A DNA stretch of 64,000 bases from an uncultured Verrucomicrobiae bacterium (GTDB taxonomy: Bacteria > Verrucomicrobiota > Verrucomicrobiia > Limisphaerales > Palsa-1400). The notes beneath the pieces are model-generated. The model saw only the letters and a list, made by a program, of their open reading frames with translations, was not told where the DNA came from and ran no database searches. Below, one piece after another: positions 10,196 through 19,834 of this stretch. The translations under genes were made by a program, and so were the position numbers. Location of the stretch: assembly GCA_963707025.1 (NCBI GenBank), contig CAVPOM010000017.1, forward strand, positions 96,001 through 160,000, written 5' to 3'. Each line of letters opens with the position of its first letter. The first letter of the stretch is position 1.

Positions 10196-10275
10196 GCTTT
10201 GGAGTGCGGGAGCTTGCTCCCGCTTTCAGGCCGGCCACGATTTGCGGAGATCAAAGCGGCGGCGAGCCGTGCGGG
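10196..10275. repeat. REP-like palindrome (GGAGTGCGGGAGCTTGCTCCCGCTTT...AAAGCGG)
   Basis: Hairpin GCGGGAGC-TT-GCTCCCGC plus a CCGCTTT/AAAGCGG inverted pair. Confidence 0.55.
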
Positions 10276-10988
10276 AGACAATGGGGCCGGATCACTAAAC
10301 TGATCAGAGCGCCTCCTCCGCCAGCCAGCAAAGCCAAAAGCGTTCCTCCGAGAGCCCATATCGAGAATATCTCTGACTTGAATCGGACGACGGAACTCAG
10401 GTTTGGTCTGGCCAAGTTTAAAATCGTGGCCTGCGCGGTGATCTGTTTGTCCGGCACTGGGGATGCTGAGTGTAATTCACTGCTCTCTTCTTGATTCCGT
10501 CTTTGCAGACAGTACTCGCGATAAACGCCCACAAGGGCATTGGCGATGTTGGCCGCCAAATTTGGGTCGGCGTTCTGGACCGAAATGGCAATCACGTTGG
10601 TGCCGGGCACCTGGGTGACACTGACTTTTTGTTCGAGTTCCCACGCTGCTTTCTGCACGGGCCAGTCAGGCTCGCCGGCTTGGCTGGCAAGCGCCTGCTG
10701 GAGATTCAGGTTGGTGGTCACCTGCTCTGAGAAGTCAAATGAGCTGATGATTTTACACTGCGAGTCAAGGGATTGAGGGTACCAGTGTTGGTTGTCCAGC
10801 CCATGTCGCGTCCCATCAACGTCAACAATAACCTCGAGTCTCACGATGCCGAGATAAACTCGGGGCGACACATACGCGACGATGGCACTACAAACCAGCG
10901 CGGCGGCGAAGACCGCCACGAATACTCTGATGAACACGGCCAGCAGTCTGGGATCGCCTGGAAAGGCACGGAATATTGTCTTACACAT
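10251..10988 (-). CDS. Membrane protein with a Wzz/polysaccharide co-polymerase-like periplasmic domain
   Basis: N- and C-terminal TM segments; SQCKIISS and VTQVPGTNVIAISVQNADPNLAANIANAL resemble Wzz/GumC. Codon usage looks less GC-rich than its neighbours. Confidence 0.55.
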   Translation of the reverse strand: MCKTIFRAFPGDPRLLAVFIRVFVAVFAAALVCSAIVAYVSPRVYLGIVRLEVIVDVDGTRHGLDNQHWYPQSLDSQCKIISSFDFSEQVTTNLNLQQALASQAGEPDWPVQKAAWELEQKVSVTQVPGTNVIAISVQNADPNLAANIANALVGVYREYCLQRRNQEESSELHSASPVPDKQITAQATILNLARPNLSSVVRFKSEIFSIWALGGTLLALLAGGGGALISLVIRPHCLPHGSPPL

Positions 10989-11122
10989 GAGTTCTCACCT
11001 GTTCGGGGTTGCGAGGTGTTCTGCCTGTGAAGTTCTCGTCAAATTCAGCAACACGCGCAGCCACAAGACGGCCTATTCCCTTCGCTTTAATTGACACGTT
11101 GACTACCGCAACCGTTCAAAAA

Positions 11123-11194
11123 GGCAGGGCGAGACTCGAGGCGCGACTAAATGCCCCCGAAATCGAGTCAGGCTCCACGGAGTCTTGCCCTGCC
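11123..11194. repeat. REP-like inverted repeat pair
   Basis: GGCAGGGCGAGACTC ... GAGTCTTGCCCTGCC, 14/15 complementary. Confidence 0.65.
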
Positions 11195-11269
11195 GTTGAC
11201 GGCCCAGCCAAAGCTGACCGGTGGCGTTTAGAATTTGAAGTCTTATGCGGCTGCTGGTATGGGTTGGGC

Positions 11270-12079
11270 ATGCTGGTTGAATTCACCAAGATGAACGGGG
11301 CGGGGAATGATTTTGTGCTGCTGGAGGACCGCGCGGGAAAAATGAAGCTGGACCGCCGCCAGATCGCCCGGATTTGCGACCGCCACGCCGGCGTCGGGGC
11401 CGACGGGCTGATCGTGCTGCGGCCATGCGCTTCCGGGCGCGCGGACTGGGCCTGGGATTTTTACAACAACGACGGCGGCAACGCGGAGATGTGCGGCAAC
11501 GGGGCGCGTTGTTTTGCCCGCTTTGCCCAGCGGCTGACCGGCGCGCAAAGCGGCCTCACTTTTGAGACGCGCGCCGGAATCATCACGGCCAGTTTCCAGG
11601 GCCAACGGGTCACGGTGAGCCTGACGCCGCCCAGGGATTTGCGGCTGAACCAAACCATTGACTTGCGCGGCGGAACCACGGCGGTGCATTCGGTGGACAC
11701 CGGCGTGCCTCACGCGGTGATGTATGTGCCGGACGCCGACCAGGCCATGGTCCAATCCCTCGGCGCGGAAGTCCGGGGCCACGCCCATTTCGGGCCGCGC
11801 GGCACGAACGTTAATTTTGTGCAGTTGGGCGGCGGCAACGCCATCCGCGTGCGCACCTACGAGCGGGGCGTGGAAGGGGAGACGCTGGCCTGCGGCACCG
11901 GGGTGACGGCCTCCGCCTTGATTTCCGCCGAACTGCATGGCCTGACGTTGCCGGTCCGGGTGCAGGTGCGGGGCGGGGATGTGCTGGAGGTGAGTTTCGA
12001 AAAGCAGGACGGACAATTTGCCAACGTGCGTCTGACCGGCCCGGCGGACTTTGCCTTTGAGGGAAGAATTGAGGTGTGA
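11270..12079 (+). CDS. dapF: Diaminopimelate epimerase
   Basis: FTKMNGAGNDF, GVGADG, EMCGNGARC, GVPH, TNVNF, RTYERGVEGETLACGTG. Confidence 0.97.
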   Translation: MLVEFTKMNGAGNDFVLLEDRAGKMKLDRRQIARICDRHAGVGADGLIVLRPCASGRADWAWDFYNNDGGNAEMCGNGARCFARFAQRLTGAQSGLTFETRAGIITASFQGQRVTVSLTPPRDLRLNQTIDLRGGTTAVHSVDTGVPHAVMYVPDADQAMVQSLGAEVRGHAHFGPRGTNVNFVQLGGGNAIRVRTYERGVEGETLACGTGVTASALISAELHGLTLPVRVQVRGGDVLEVSFEKQDGQFANVRLTGPADFAFEGRIEV

Positions 12080-12389
12080 GGCCAGGGATGTGTTCCGCCG
12101 CGAGTTTCCGCGCCCGGGCTGCGGCATGCCAACTTCAGGGTGAACCCGGTTAAAAACCAAACTTCCTTGCCTTTGGCATTTGACGACCATTTCTGGCTCA
12201 GCCTTCAATCGTCCGTAACCAAGCGGCGGCTGACGAAACGAAGAATTCAGCACTTTCCAAATAAGCACATGGGCATTGAAATCCAGCAATGCCCATGTGC
12301 TTATTTTAACCAGGCAGGCGAACCTGTCGAGGAAAATCTTTTCTGACGACCGAAAATGGAACGCAGAAACCAAGTTCTTTTTAAACGCG

Positions 12390-12497
12390 CCTTTCCTGGA
12401 GTTCCTTTCCTGGAGTTCCTTTCGTGGAGTAGCTCTCGTGGAGCACCTTTCGTGGACTTCCGGTCCTGGAGTTCGGCGCGGGGTTCGGCGCGGAGTT
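12390..12497. repeat. Degenerate 14-bp tandem repeat (CCTTTCCTGGAGTT x6) followed by two 12-mers
   Basis: Units start at 12390, 12404, 12418, 12432, 12446 and 12460; then CGGCGCGGRGTT x2. Confidence 0.8.
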
Positions 12498-12538
12498 CCG
12501 ACTGGCTTCCGTTGTATTTTGGGGCTATTCTGGCCGGC

Positions 12539-13258
12539 GTGGCGAAATTAGTGTTTGACATTGAAACCTCGGCCCTGCCGCTGGCGCAATTTGACGCCGT
12601 CCAGCAGGAGTATCTTTTTCGCGACGCGCTGAACCTGGCCGACGCGGAGGCGCGCCAGAAGCGGCAGGAGGAAGTACTGCGCCAATTTAATCTCTGGCCT
12701 TTCACGGCCCAGGTGGTGTGCATTGCCATGCTCAACGCGGAAAGCAGCCGGGGCAAGGTGCTGTTTGTGGCGGAGGATTTCGAGGAGGACGGGGCGGAGG
12801 CGGGGGCGGTGGAGTTCAGGGCCTGCGCGGACGAGGGCCAGTTGCTGGGGGAATTCTGGGAGCTGGCCAGGCATTACGATTCGATTGTGACGTTCAACGG
12901 GCGGGGATTTGACGTGCCGTTCATTTATTTGCGCTCGGCCATTTTGAACGTGGCGGTGACGCAGAAAGGCTGGCTGGGCTACCGGTTTCAAGTGGAGCCG
13001 CACTGCGACTTGATCGAGCAGTTGACCTTTTACGGGGTGAGCGGAAGGGAGGGCGCGGCCCGGCGCTTCAACCTGGATTTCTATTGCAAGGCCTTCGGCA
13101 TCCAGTCGCCCAAGAGCCACGGGGTCACGGGGATGGACATCAACGGGATGCTGGCCGAGAAACGATTTCGGGAGATCGCCGAGTATTGCCTGGGCGACGT
13201 GCAGGCCACGGTGCTGCTCTATAGAATTTGGAAAGAGCGGCTGGGTGGTGTAAAGTAA
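12539..13258 (+). CDS. Stand-alone DEDD 3'-5' exonuclease (PolB-exo/YprB RNase H-like)
   Basis: ExoI VFDIET, ExoII VTFNGRGFDVPF, HCDL, ExoIII EYCLGDV; GTG start. Confidence 0.85.
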   Translation: MAKLVFDIETSALPLAQFDAVQQEYLFRDALNLADAEARQKRQEEVLRQFNLWPFTAQVVCIAMLNAESSRGKVLFVAEDFEEDGAEAGAVEFRACADEGQLLGEFWELARHYDSIVTFNGRGFDVPFIYLRSAILNVAVTQKGWLGYRFQVEPHCDLIEQLTFYGVSGREGAARRFNLDFYCKAFGIQSPKSHGVTGMDINGMLAEKRFREIAEYCLGDVQATVLLYRIWKERLGGVK

Positions 13259-13268
13259 AACAGGCCGA

Positions 13269-14009
13269 ATGGAAGCACTCAACATGGTCAAGACTCACAA
13301 CGATTGCGGGCCCATCGGAAAGCTGTCGCGCAAGCCGGCGGAACTGCTGGTCTGCTTTGCGGTCAAGGAGGAGGCGCGGTTTTTCATGGATGGCATGGTT
13401 TGCCAAGCCGATCAGGCCGGCAAAAAACCGCACCCTCCGCTTTATCAGGTCTGGATGACGGGCATGGGACGGCGCAACGCGGTGGAAGGCGTGCGCCAAG
13501 CCATCGCGCTGGTGCGGCCCAAACGGGTCATCACCTCCGGGTTCGCCGGCGGATTGAATCCCAAGCTGAAGTTTGGGACCATCGTCTATGACGAGGATTT
13601 CGACGCCGGGTTTGGACCGCAACTGGAACAGGCGGGCGCGGTCCGGGGGACATTTTACTGTCATCGCCGCGTGGCCATCACCGCCGGGGAGAAAGCCGCC
13701 CTCTGGCAATCCACCGGGGCGGACGCGGTGGAGATGGAATCGAGCGCGATCCGGAATATCTGTCGCGAGCAGAAAATCCCGAGCGCGACCATCCGGGTGA
13801 TTTCCGACGACGCCGGCCAGGATTTGCCGCTGGACTTCAACGCCTTGATGACGCCGGAGGACCGGATTCATTACCCGAAATTGATTTGGGCGGTGTTGAG
13901 CCGACCGGGCCGGATCGGCAAGCTGATGGATTTCCAGCGCCAAACGATGGCGGCGTCGCGTCAGTTGGGGGCGGTGCTGGGGCAATTATTGCGCGCGCAG
14001 GGCAGTTGA
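13269..14009 (+). CDS. hpnG: Purine nucleoside phosphorylase/MTA nucleosidase family, HpnG-like
   Basis: CFAVKEEA, TGMG, SGFAGGLNP, TGADAVEMESSAI, IRVISDDA; hopanoid genes nearby. Confidence 0.7.
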   Translation: MEALNMVKTHNDCGPIGKLSRKPAELLVCFAVKEEARFFMDGMVCQADQAGKKPHPPLYQVWMTGMGRRNAVEGVRQAIALVRPKRVITSGFAGGLNPKLKFGTIVYDEDFDAGFGPQLEQAGAVRGTFYCHRRVAITAGEKAALWQSTGADAVEMESSAIRNICREQKIPSATIRVISDDAGQDLPLDFNALMTPEDRIHYPKLIWAVLSRPGRIGKLMDFQRQTMAASRQLGAVLGQLLRAQGS

Positions 14010-14116
14010 GGCGGCAGACCAAAGCGCGCATGGCCGATGGAGGATGGAGGCTGGCCAAGACGGGCACGCCAGCCAGGCAATCCCCCCGCCCGGCGGCGGA
14101 CAGCGGACGGCCCGTC

Positions 14117-14557
14117 CTACCTGGCATCAGCGGGCGGGGTCATCATGGGAGCGTCCGCCGGCGGATTTTGTTTAGTCTTGACAGCTTCGCTGTAGCTGGT
14201 GAGGAACGCGCCCAGAGTGATGAGGATCACCCCGGCCCAGCGCACGGCGGAAACCTTTTCATCCAGAATAAACTTTGCCGCCAGGGTGGCGATGATGAAG
14301 CCAATGGAGGTGAGGGGCCAGATGAGGCTGACATCGCGCTGGGAAAGCAGGTAAAGGAAACATCCAAAAAAGGCCGCCTCCAGGGCGACACCGAGGATGA
14401 TTTTGTGGTTGGTGACGCCGGCCTGGGCGACGCGGAGAATGGCGGAGGCGCTCATTTGGCTTGGGCGGGTGATCTGGTTCAGGCCGCCTTTGATAAAGAC
14501 CACGCCGATGTTTTCAAGGATTGCCGCGATAATTAAAATGACAATGATTTTGGCCAT
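14117..14557 (-). CDS. EamA/DMT-family small membrane transporter
   Basis: Hydrophobic helices; DVSLIWPLTSIGF, ILDEKVSAVRWAGVILI. Confidence 0.8.
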   Translation of the reverse strand: MAKIIVILIIAAILENIGVVFIKGGLNQITRPSQMSASAILRVAQAGVTNHKIILGVALEAAFFGCFLYLLSQRDVSLIWPLTSIGFIIATLAAKFILDEKVSAVRWAGVILITLGAFLTSYSEAVKTKQNPPADAPMMTPPADAR

Positions 14558-14559
14558 AA

Positions 14560-15417
14560 TTAAAGGTCTTGGTAGCGGATCAATTGGATGCCCAATTGCG
14601 CCGCCAGGGTTTTAAGGGTTGGATTGATCAGGGCGTCAAATTCATTTCTAAATTGATCGAGGGAGGGATGGGAGTAAAGCTCCGAATCGCCCGGCGGCAG
14701 GGCGGGCAGAAGTTTGGCCACGAACGGCGCATCCACCCGGGCGTTCTGCAGCAGGCCGAAGACGACGCGGGTGTGGCGGATGCCCTTGTGCGCCAGCACC
14801 GGCCGGGCGCGGGCGGAAAGGAGGCGGTGAATGGCGGTGTGGCTCAGGCGGTAAATCCACCGGCCCGAAGCGAGCCGGGCGTTCAAGCCGAACCAGTCGT
14901 CGGTCAGGCGCAGGGCGGTGATGCCCCAGCGTTGCGCATTTTCCATCAAGATGCCGAACACGACCGGGTGAAGATGCAGATGGAGGTGGCCGTTGACGTG
15001 ATCGAGCGGCAGGCCGGTGGCGCGGAATTTCTCAAATTGCGCCGCGATTTCCAGGGGCAACTGGGCGCGGCATTTGGCGGAGGCGAAGTAGCGCCACCCG
15101 GTGGCCACGGGATTATTGGAAAATTGCCCCCGCGCATCAACCAATTGGGGAATCTGCCCGGCCGGCAACGCGGCGGCCCCGCACACCAGGGCGAGGTGCA
15201 AGCCGACGCCCAGGCCCGGATTTTGCCGCGCCAGGGCCACGGCCTCGCCGGCGTGCGGCTCATTGACCATCAAGCTGGCGCTGGTGAGGATGCCCTCGCG
15301 ATGGGCGCGCAGGACGGCCTGGTTGATGGATTGGGAGCGGCCAAAATCATCCGCATTGACGACCAGCCGTCTTTTCGGCGGCGGGCTTTTTTGCACTTTA
15401 ATATCTGGCAGCGCCAT
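14560..15417 (-). CDS. hpnK: Hopanoid-associated ChbG/YdjC-family deacetylase HpnK
   Basis: LVVNADDFG, GILTSASLMVN, VGLHLALV, LDHVNGHLHLHLHP, SELYSHP. Confidence 0.85.
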   Translation of the reverse strand: MALPDIKVQKSPPPKRRLVVNADDFGRSQSINQAVLRAHREGILTSASLMVNEPHAGEAVALARQNPGLGVGLHLALVCGAAALPAGQIPQLVDARGQFSNNPVATGWRYFASAKCRAQLPLEIAAQFEKFRATGLPLDHVNGHLHLHLHPVVFGILMENAQRWGITALRLTDDWFGLNARLASGRWIYRLSHTAIHRLLSARARPVLAHKGIRHTRVVFGLLQNARVDAPFVAKLLPALPPGDSELYSHPSLDQFRNEFDALINPTLKTLAAQLGIQLIRYQDL

Positions 15418-15496
15418 GGAAGCCGGAAGCATAACCGCAAAGGGGGCAAAGATCGTGAAAAAAATGCCGGCGCGGAAGAAGCAAGATCCATTTCCT

Positions 15497-18400
15497 TCAG
15501 GCCGGCCGGCTGACGGATTGAGGGCTGGCGTGGCTGGATTCAAAAATAGGATAGAGCAAAGGGAGTATAAAGAGGGTCAGAATGGTGCCGGTGATGAGGC
15601 CGCCGATGATGACGACGGCAAAAGGCCGGGCGGTTTCCGCGCCGACGCCGGTGGAAAGGGCCATGGGCAACAGTCCGAGCAGGGCCATGAGGGCGGTCAT
15701 GACCATGGGCCGCACCCGCGAGGCGGCTCCCTCCATGATGGCCTGGTGCAAAGCCATCTCCTCGCGGCGCAATTCCCGGATGCGGGTGACCAGGATGACG
15801 CTGTTCTGGATGGAAACGCCGAAGAGGGCGACAAACCCCACCAGGGCGGCGACGGAGATGTTCAACCCGGCCAGGGGCAAGGCGAGCAGGCCGCCCACGG
15901 CGGAGAAGGGAACGGTCAACAAGACGGCGGTGGCCAATTTGGCGGAATCGAAGGCCACGAAGAGCAGGAAGAAAATGGCCACGATGGTGAGCGGGACAAT
16001 GACGGCCAGGCGTTTTTCGGCGCGCTGCTCGTTCTCAAAGGAGCCGGTCCATTCCAGGCGGTAGCCGGCGGGCAGGCGGACGGCGGCCTCGACCTTGCGC
16101 CGGGCTTCGGCCACCAAGGAGCCGAGGTCGCGGTCGCGCACGGAAAGTTTGATGGCGGTGCGGCGCTCGTTTTCCTCGCGCTCGATGCGGGACAACCCGG
16201 CCTTGACGCTGACGGAGGCCAGATCGCCCAAGGTGAGGCGTTCGCCGTTGGAGCCAAAGAGGGGGATGTTGCGGATGGATTGCACATCGGCCACGGCCTT
16301 GGGGGCGAGTTTGACGACGAGGTCGAAGGTGCGGGAGCCTTCCAGCACCTGGGTGGCGGTTTGGCCGCCCATGGCGGTGGCCACGACGGTCTGGAGGTCG
16401 GCCACGGCCAGGCCATAGCGGGCAATGGCGGCGCGATCAATGGCGATCTGGATTTGGGGCTGGCCGAGCAACAGATCGGCGCCGACATCGGCCGCGCCGG
16501 GGACTTTGTCAATAATAGCGGCGATCCGGCCGGAGAGGGCCTGGAGCTGCACCGGATCGTCGCCGAACAATTTGATGGCCAGCTCGCTCTTGACCCCGGA
16601 GACGGCCTCGTTGACGTTGTCCTCGATGTATTGGCTGAATTGGGATTGGAGGCCGGGAATTTCGCGGAGGTTGCGGGCCATGGCCTCGCAGAGCGCGTCG
16701 CGGGTGTGGGCGGTTTTCCATTCTTCGCGGGGTTTGAGGGCCACGCTGTATTCGGCCACGTCCCAGCCGTTGATGTCGGTGCCATCATCGGGCCGGCCGA
16801 GCTGGCTGACGACGCAGCGGACTTCGGGAAAGGAGGCGAGGCGGCGGCGCACCTTTTGGGTGATGGCGGCCGATTCGGAGGGGGAGATGGATTGGGGGGC
16901 GAAAGTGCGGACCCACAGGTCGCCCTCGTCGAGCTTGGGGAGGAATTCGCTGCCGAGGAAGAGCCAGGAGACGGCGCCTGCTGTCAACAAGAGCAAAGCG
17001 GCGGCATAGACCGGCCCCGGCGCGTGGAGCGCGAAATGGAGGGCGGGCCGGTAGAGCCGCACCAGGCGCCGCACAATCCAGGACTCGCGCGCGGCCTCCC
17101 TCCTTCCCGCGGCAAAGCTGGCCAGGGCGGGCACCACGAAAATGGCGAAGAAGGTTCCGGCGGCCAGGGCAAAGGTGAGGGTCAGGGCCATGGGTTTGAA
17201 GATGCGCCCTTCCACCCGCTGCAAGGTGTAAAGCGGAATGAAGGCGGTCAATAAAATGACCTTGGAAAACAGGACGGGCCGGCCCATTTCCGAGACCGCC
17301 TCGATGATGGCGGCGGGAAGGGAGCGGATTCGGCCCTTCCGTTCCTCCAGGATGCGGAGGAGGTCTTCCACGATGACCACGGAAGAATCCACGATGATGC
17401 CGAAGTCAATCGCCCCCATGGAAATGAGATTGGCCGGGATGCCGCGCCAATCCAGGAGGAGAAAGGCGCCCAGCAGGGCAAAGGGCACGGCCAGGGCCAC
17501 GACCAGGGCGGAGCGCCAGTAGCCCGGTCCGAGAAACAGAACCAGGACGGCCAGGACCAGGCCGATGCCGGCCAGCATGTTTTCCCGCACGGTGTGGAGG
17601 GTGCGGTTGGTCAGCGCCGTGCGGTCATAATACATGACCAGCTTGACCCCGTCGGGGAGATAGCGCCGGTTGATGTCGTCGGCCATTTTTTCGATGCGCC
17701 GGCAAACCTCCAGCGGGTTTTCGCCGCGGCGCATGACCACGATGCCCTCGGCCACGTCATCTTCATCTTGACTGCCCTCGGTCCTGCCGACGCGGCCGAG
17801 GCGGACGGCGTGGCCGATGAGCACGGTGGCGAGGTCGCGGATGCGAATGGGGGTGCCGTTGCGGGTGTCCACGGCGATGGCTTCAATATCGGCGACGCTG
17901 CCGATCATGCCCAGGCCGCGCACCACATACAGCTCGGAGCCGTGTTCGACGTAAGAGCCGCCGGCGTTGCCGTTGCCGTTGGCCAGGGCGGCAAAGACCT
18001 GCTGCAAGGAGAGATTGCAGGACTTGAGCTTGAGCGGATCCACCAGCACTTGATACTGCTTGGTCAGTCCGCCAAACGGATTGATGTCCACCACGCCCGG
18101 CACGGAGCGGAATTTTTTTTCCACCACCCAATCTTGCAGGGCGCGGACTTCCTCCGGGGGGTAACCGATGGGAGCGCGCAGGCTGTAGCGGTAAACTTCG
18201 CCAATGGGGGTGGCGTCGGGCGAGAGGCTGGGCTGGACGCCCGGCGGCAGGGCGGCGGTGGCCAGGAGCTGGCTGGCCAGGTTGCGGATGAGGTCGTTGC
18301 TGGCGTCGTCCTCGAACACCAGAGTGATCTGGGACAATCCGAACAAGGAAATGGAGCGCATGGAAACGCGTTTGGGGATGCCGTTCATGACGTTTTCGAT

Positions 18401-18604
18401 CGGGATGGTAACCATGCGCTCGACCTCTTCGGCGGCGTGCCCCGGAAAGAGGGTGATGATTTGGACGGAAACGTTGGTCACGTCCGGATAAGCCTCGACG
18501 GGCAGTTCGCGAAAGGCGTTGGCGCCGGCCAGCAAAAACACCACGGTCAGCGCCAGGACGATGGCGCGGTGATGTAAAACGGCGCTGGCAAGTCTAGCAA
18601 TCAT
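15497..18604 (-). CDS. czcA: CusA/CzcA-family RND permease
   Basis: 1035 aa; LPVEAYPDVT, GAIDFGIIVDSSVVIVED, EGRIFKPMALT, GSEFLPKLDEG, RVRPMVMTA. Confidence 0.9.
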   Translation of the reverse strand: MIARLASAVLHHRAIVLALTVVFLLAGANAFRELPVEAYPDVTNVSVQIITLFPGHAAEEVERMVTIPIENVMNGIPKRVSMRSISLFGLSQITLVFEDDASNDLIRNLASQLLATAALPPGVQPSLSPDATPIGEVYRYSLRAPIGYPPEEVRALQDWVVEKKFRSVPGVVDINPFGGLTKQYQVLVDPLKLKSCNLSLQQVFAALANGNGNAGGSYVEHGSELYVVRGLGMIGSVADIEAIAVDTRNGTPIRIRDLATVLIGHAVRLGRVGRTEGSQDEDDVAEGIVVMRRGENPLEVCRRIEKMADDINRRYLPDGVKLVMYYDRTALTNRTLHTVRENMLAGIGLVLAVLVLFLGPGYWRSALVVALAVPFALLGAFLLLDWRGIPANLISMGAIDFGIIVDSSVVIVEDLLRILEERKGRIRSLPAAIIEAVSEMGRPVLFSKVILLTAFIPLYTLQRVEGRIFKPMALTLTFALAAGTFFAIFVVPALASFAAGRREAARESWIVRRLVRLYRPALHFALHAPGPVYAAALLLLTAGAVSWLFLGSEFLPKLDEGDLWVRTFAPQSISPSESAAITQKVRRRLASFPEVRCVVSQLGRPDDGTDINGWDVAEYSVALKPREEWKTAHTRDALCEAMARNLREIPGLQSQFSQYIEDNVNEAVSGVKSELAIKLFGDDPVQLQALSGRIAAIIDKVPGAADVGADLLLGQPQIQIAIDRAAIARYGLAVADLQTVVATAMGGQTATQVLEGSRTFDLVVKLAPKAVADVQSIRNIPLFGSNGERLTLGDLASVSVKAGLSRIEREENERRTAIKLSVRDRDLGSLVAEARRKVEAAVRLPAGYRLEWTGSFENEQRAEKRLAVIVPLTIVAIFFLLFVAFDSAKLATAVLLTVPFSAVGGLLALPLAGLNISVAALVGFVALFGVSIQNSVILVTRIRELRREEMALHQAIMEGAASRVRPMVMTALMALLGLLPMALSTGVGAETARPFAVVIIGGLITGTILTLFILPLLYPIFESSHASPQSVSRPA

Positions 18605-19834
18605 GAGGCCGGTTCCACCAGGGCCTGGAGGAGAAGGGCGCCTTCAATGACCACCTTTTGGCCGGCACTGACGCCTTCCAGCACGGGAACTTTGTTGTCT
18701 TGTTCCACGCCCACTTTGACCCGCACCCGGTGAAAACGGCCCGGGGAATCCTGGAGGAAAAGGCAGGAGTCGTCGCCCCGCATAAAGAGGGCCTTGGCGG
18801 GCACTTCCACCCCGGCTTGGGCGACGCTGGCCGGGTCGGCCAGCACATCGGCCAGGACATACATTTCGGCCTTGAGCAGCTTGTCGGGATTGCTGACCAC
18901 GCCGCGCACCTTGAGGGAGCGGGTGGCGGGATCGAGCGAGTCGGCGATTTTGTCAATCCTCCCTTCAAAAACTTTTCCCGGCAGGGCGTTGGTGGAGTAA
19001 ACGCGGAGCGGGCGGCCGGGTTGCAAGGAGGCGAGGCCGGCCTCTCGGCACATCGAGTTGCAGCCAGAGCCGGGCCGGGTCGCTGATGACAAAACTGGGG
19101 GCGAACAAATTCGGGGCGTTGGCCAGCATGAGATCGGCGCGGAGTTCCTGGCCGGGATTGATGTTCTTTTCCACGAGCACACCCGCCAGAGGGCTGCGCA
19201 GGATGTAAAGAGAATTGCTGCTCTGGTCATTGCCCCCATAGTTGGCCAGGACGGATTCCGCGCGGTCCCGCTCGGCCCGCGCGGCCACATAGGCGGCTTC
19301 GGCGGCCTCGACATCCTTTTGCGCGGCCGCCCCGTGTTGGAGCAAATCCTTGCTGCGGGTGAAGGCTTTGTCGGCCGCGGCCAGGTTGCCGGCGGCCGTG
19401 CGCGCATTGGCCAGGGCCTGGCTGAAATCCGGCGAATCAATTTCCGCCAAGGGCGCGCCCGCCGTGATGGCATCGCCCAGATCGGCGCGGAGGGCGGTGA
19501 CGCGACCGGACACCGGCGTGAAGACGCGCACGGTCTGGTCGTCGTTCCAATAAAGGCGGCCGGTCAGGTGGGTGAGGGCCAGGGACCGGGGCTGGGCGGC
19601 TTGCACGGTGATGGAAGCCAGTTGCGGCGCATTGGTTGCAAAACTCACCGTCTCGCCCTCCACGATCGGGGCGGGCGGTTCGGGCGTTGGAGGCTCTTCC
19701 TTGCGGCAGCCGAGGAAGGCGAAGAGGGCCAAAAGAGCGAAGACTTTCGCCGGGGCTGGCGCGCCTGACGGGGGCCGGGGTGAACGCGGCGCCATTCTGC
19801 AATTATTGACAGCGGATGGGCGGGTCATTTCCAT
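18601..19834 (-). CDS. RND membrane-fusion (CzcB/CusB-like) subunit, frameshift near 19045
   Basis: Lipoprotein-like FLGC, VFTPVSGRV, LRSPLAGVLV, LDPATRSLKVR, LLKAEMY; split across two frames. Confidence 0.85.

Noticed and set aside
12140..12346. 68-aa ORF after dapF
   Set aside because: Atypical codon usage, no RBS or motif recognised; cannot be supported as a gene.
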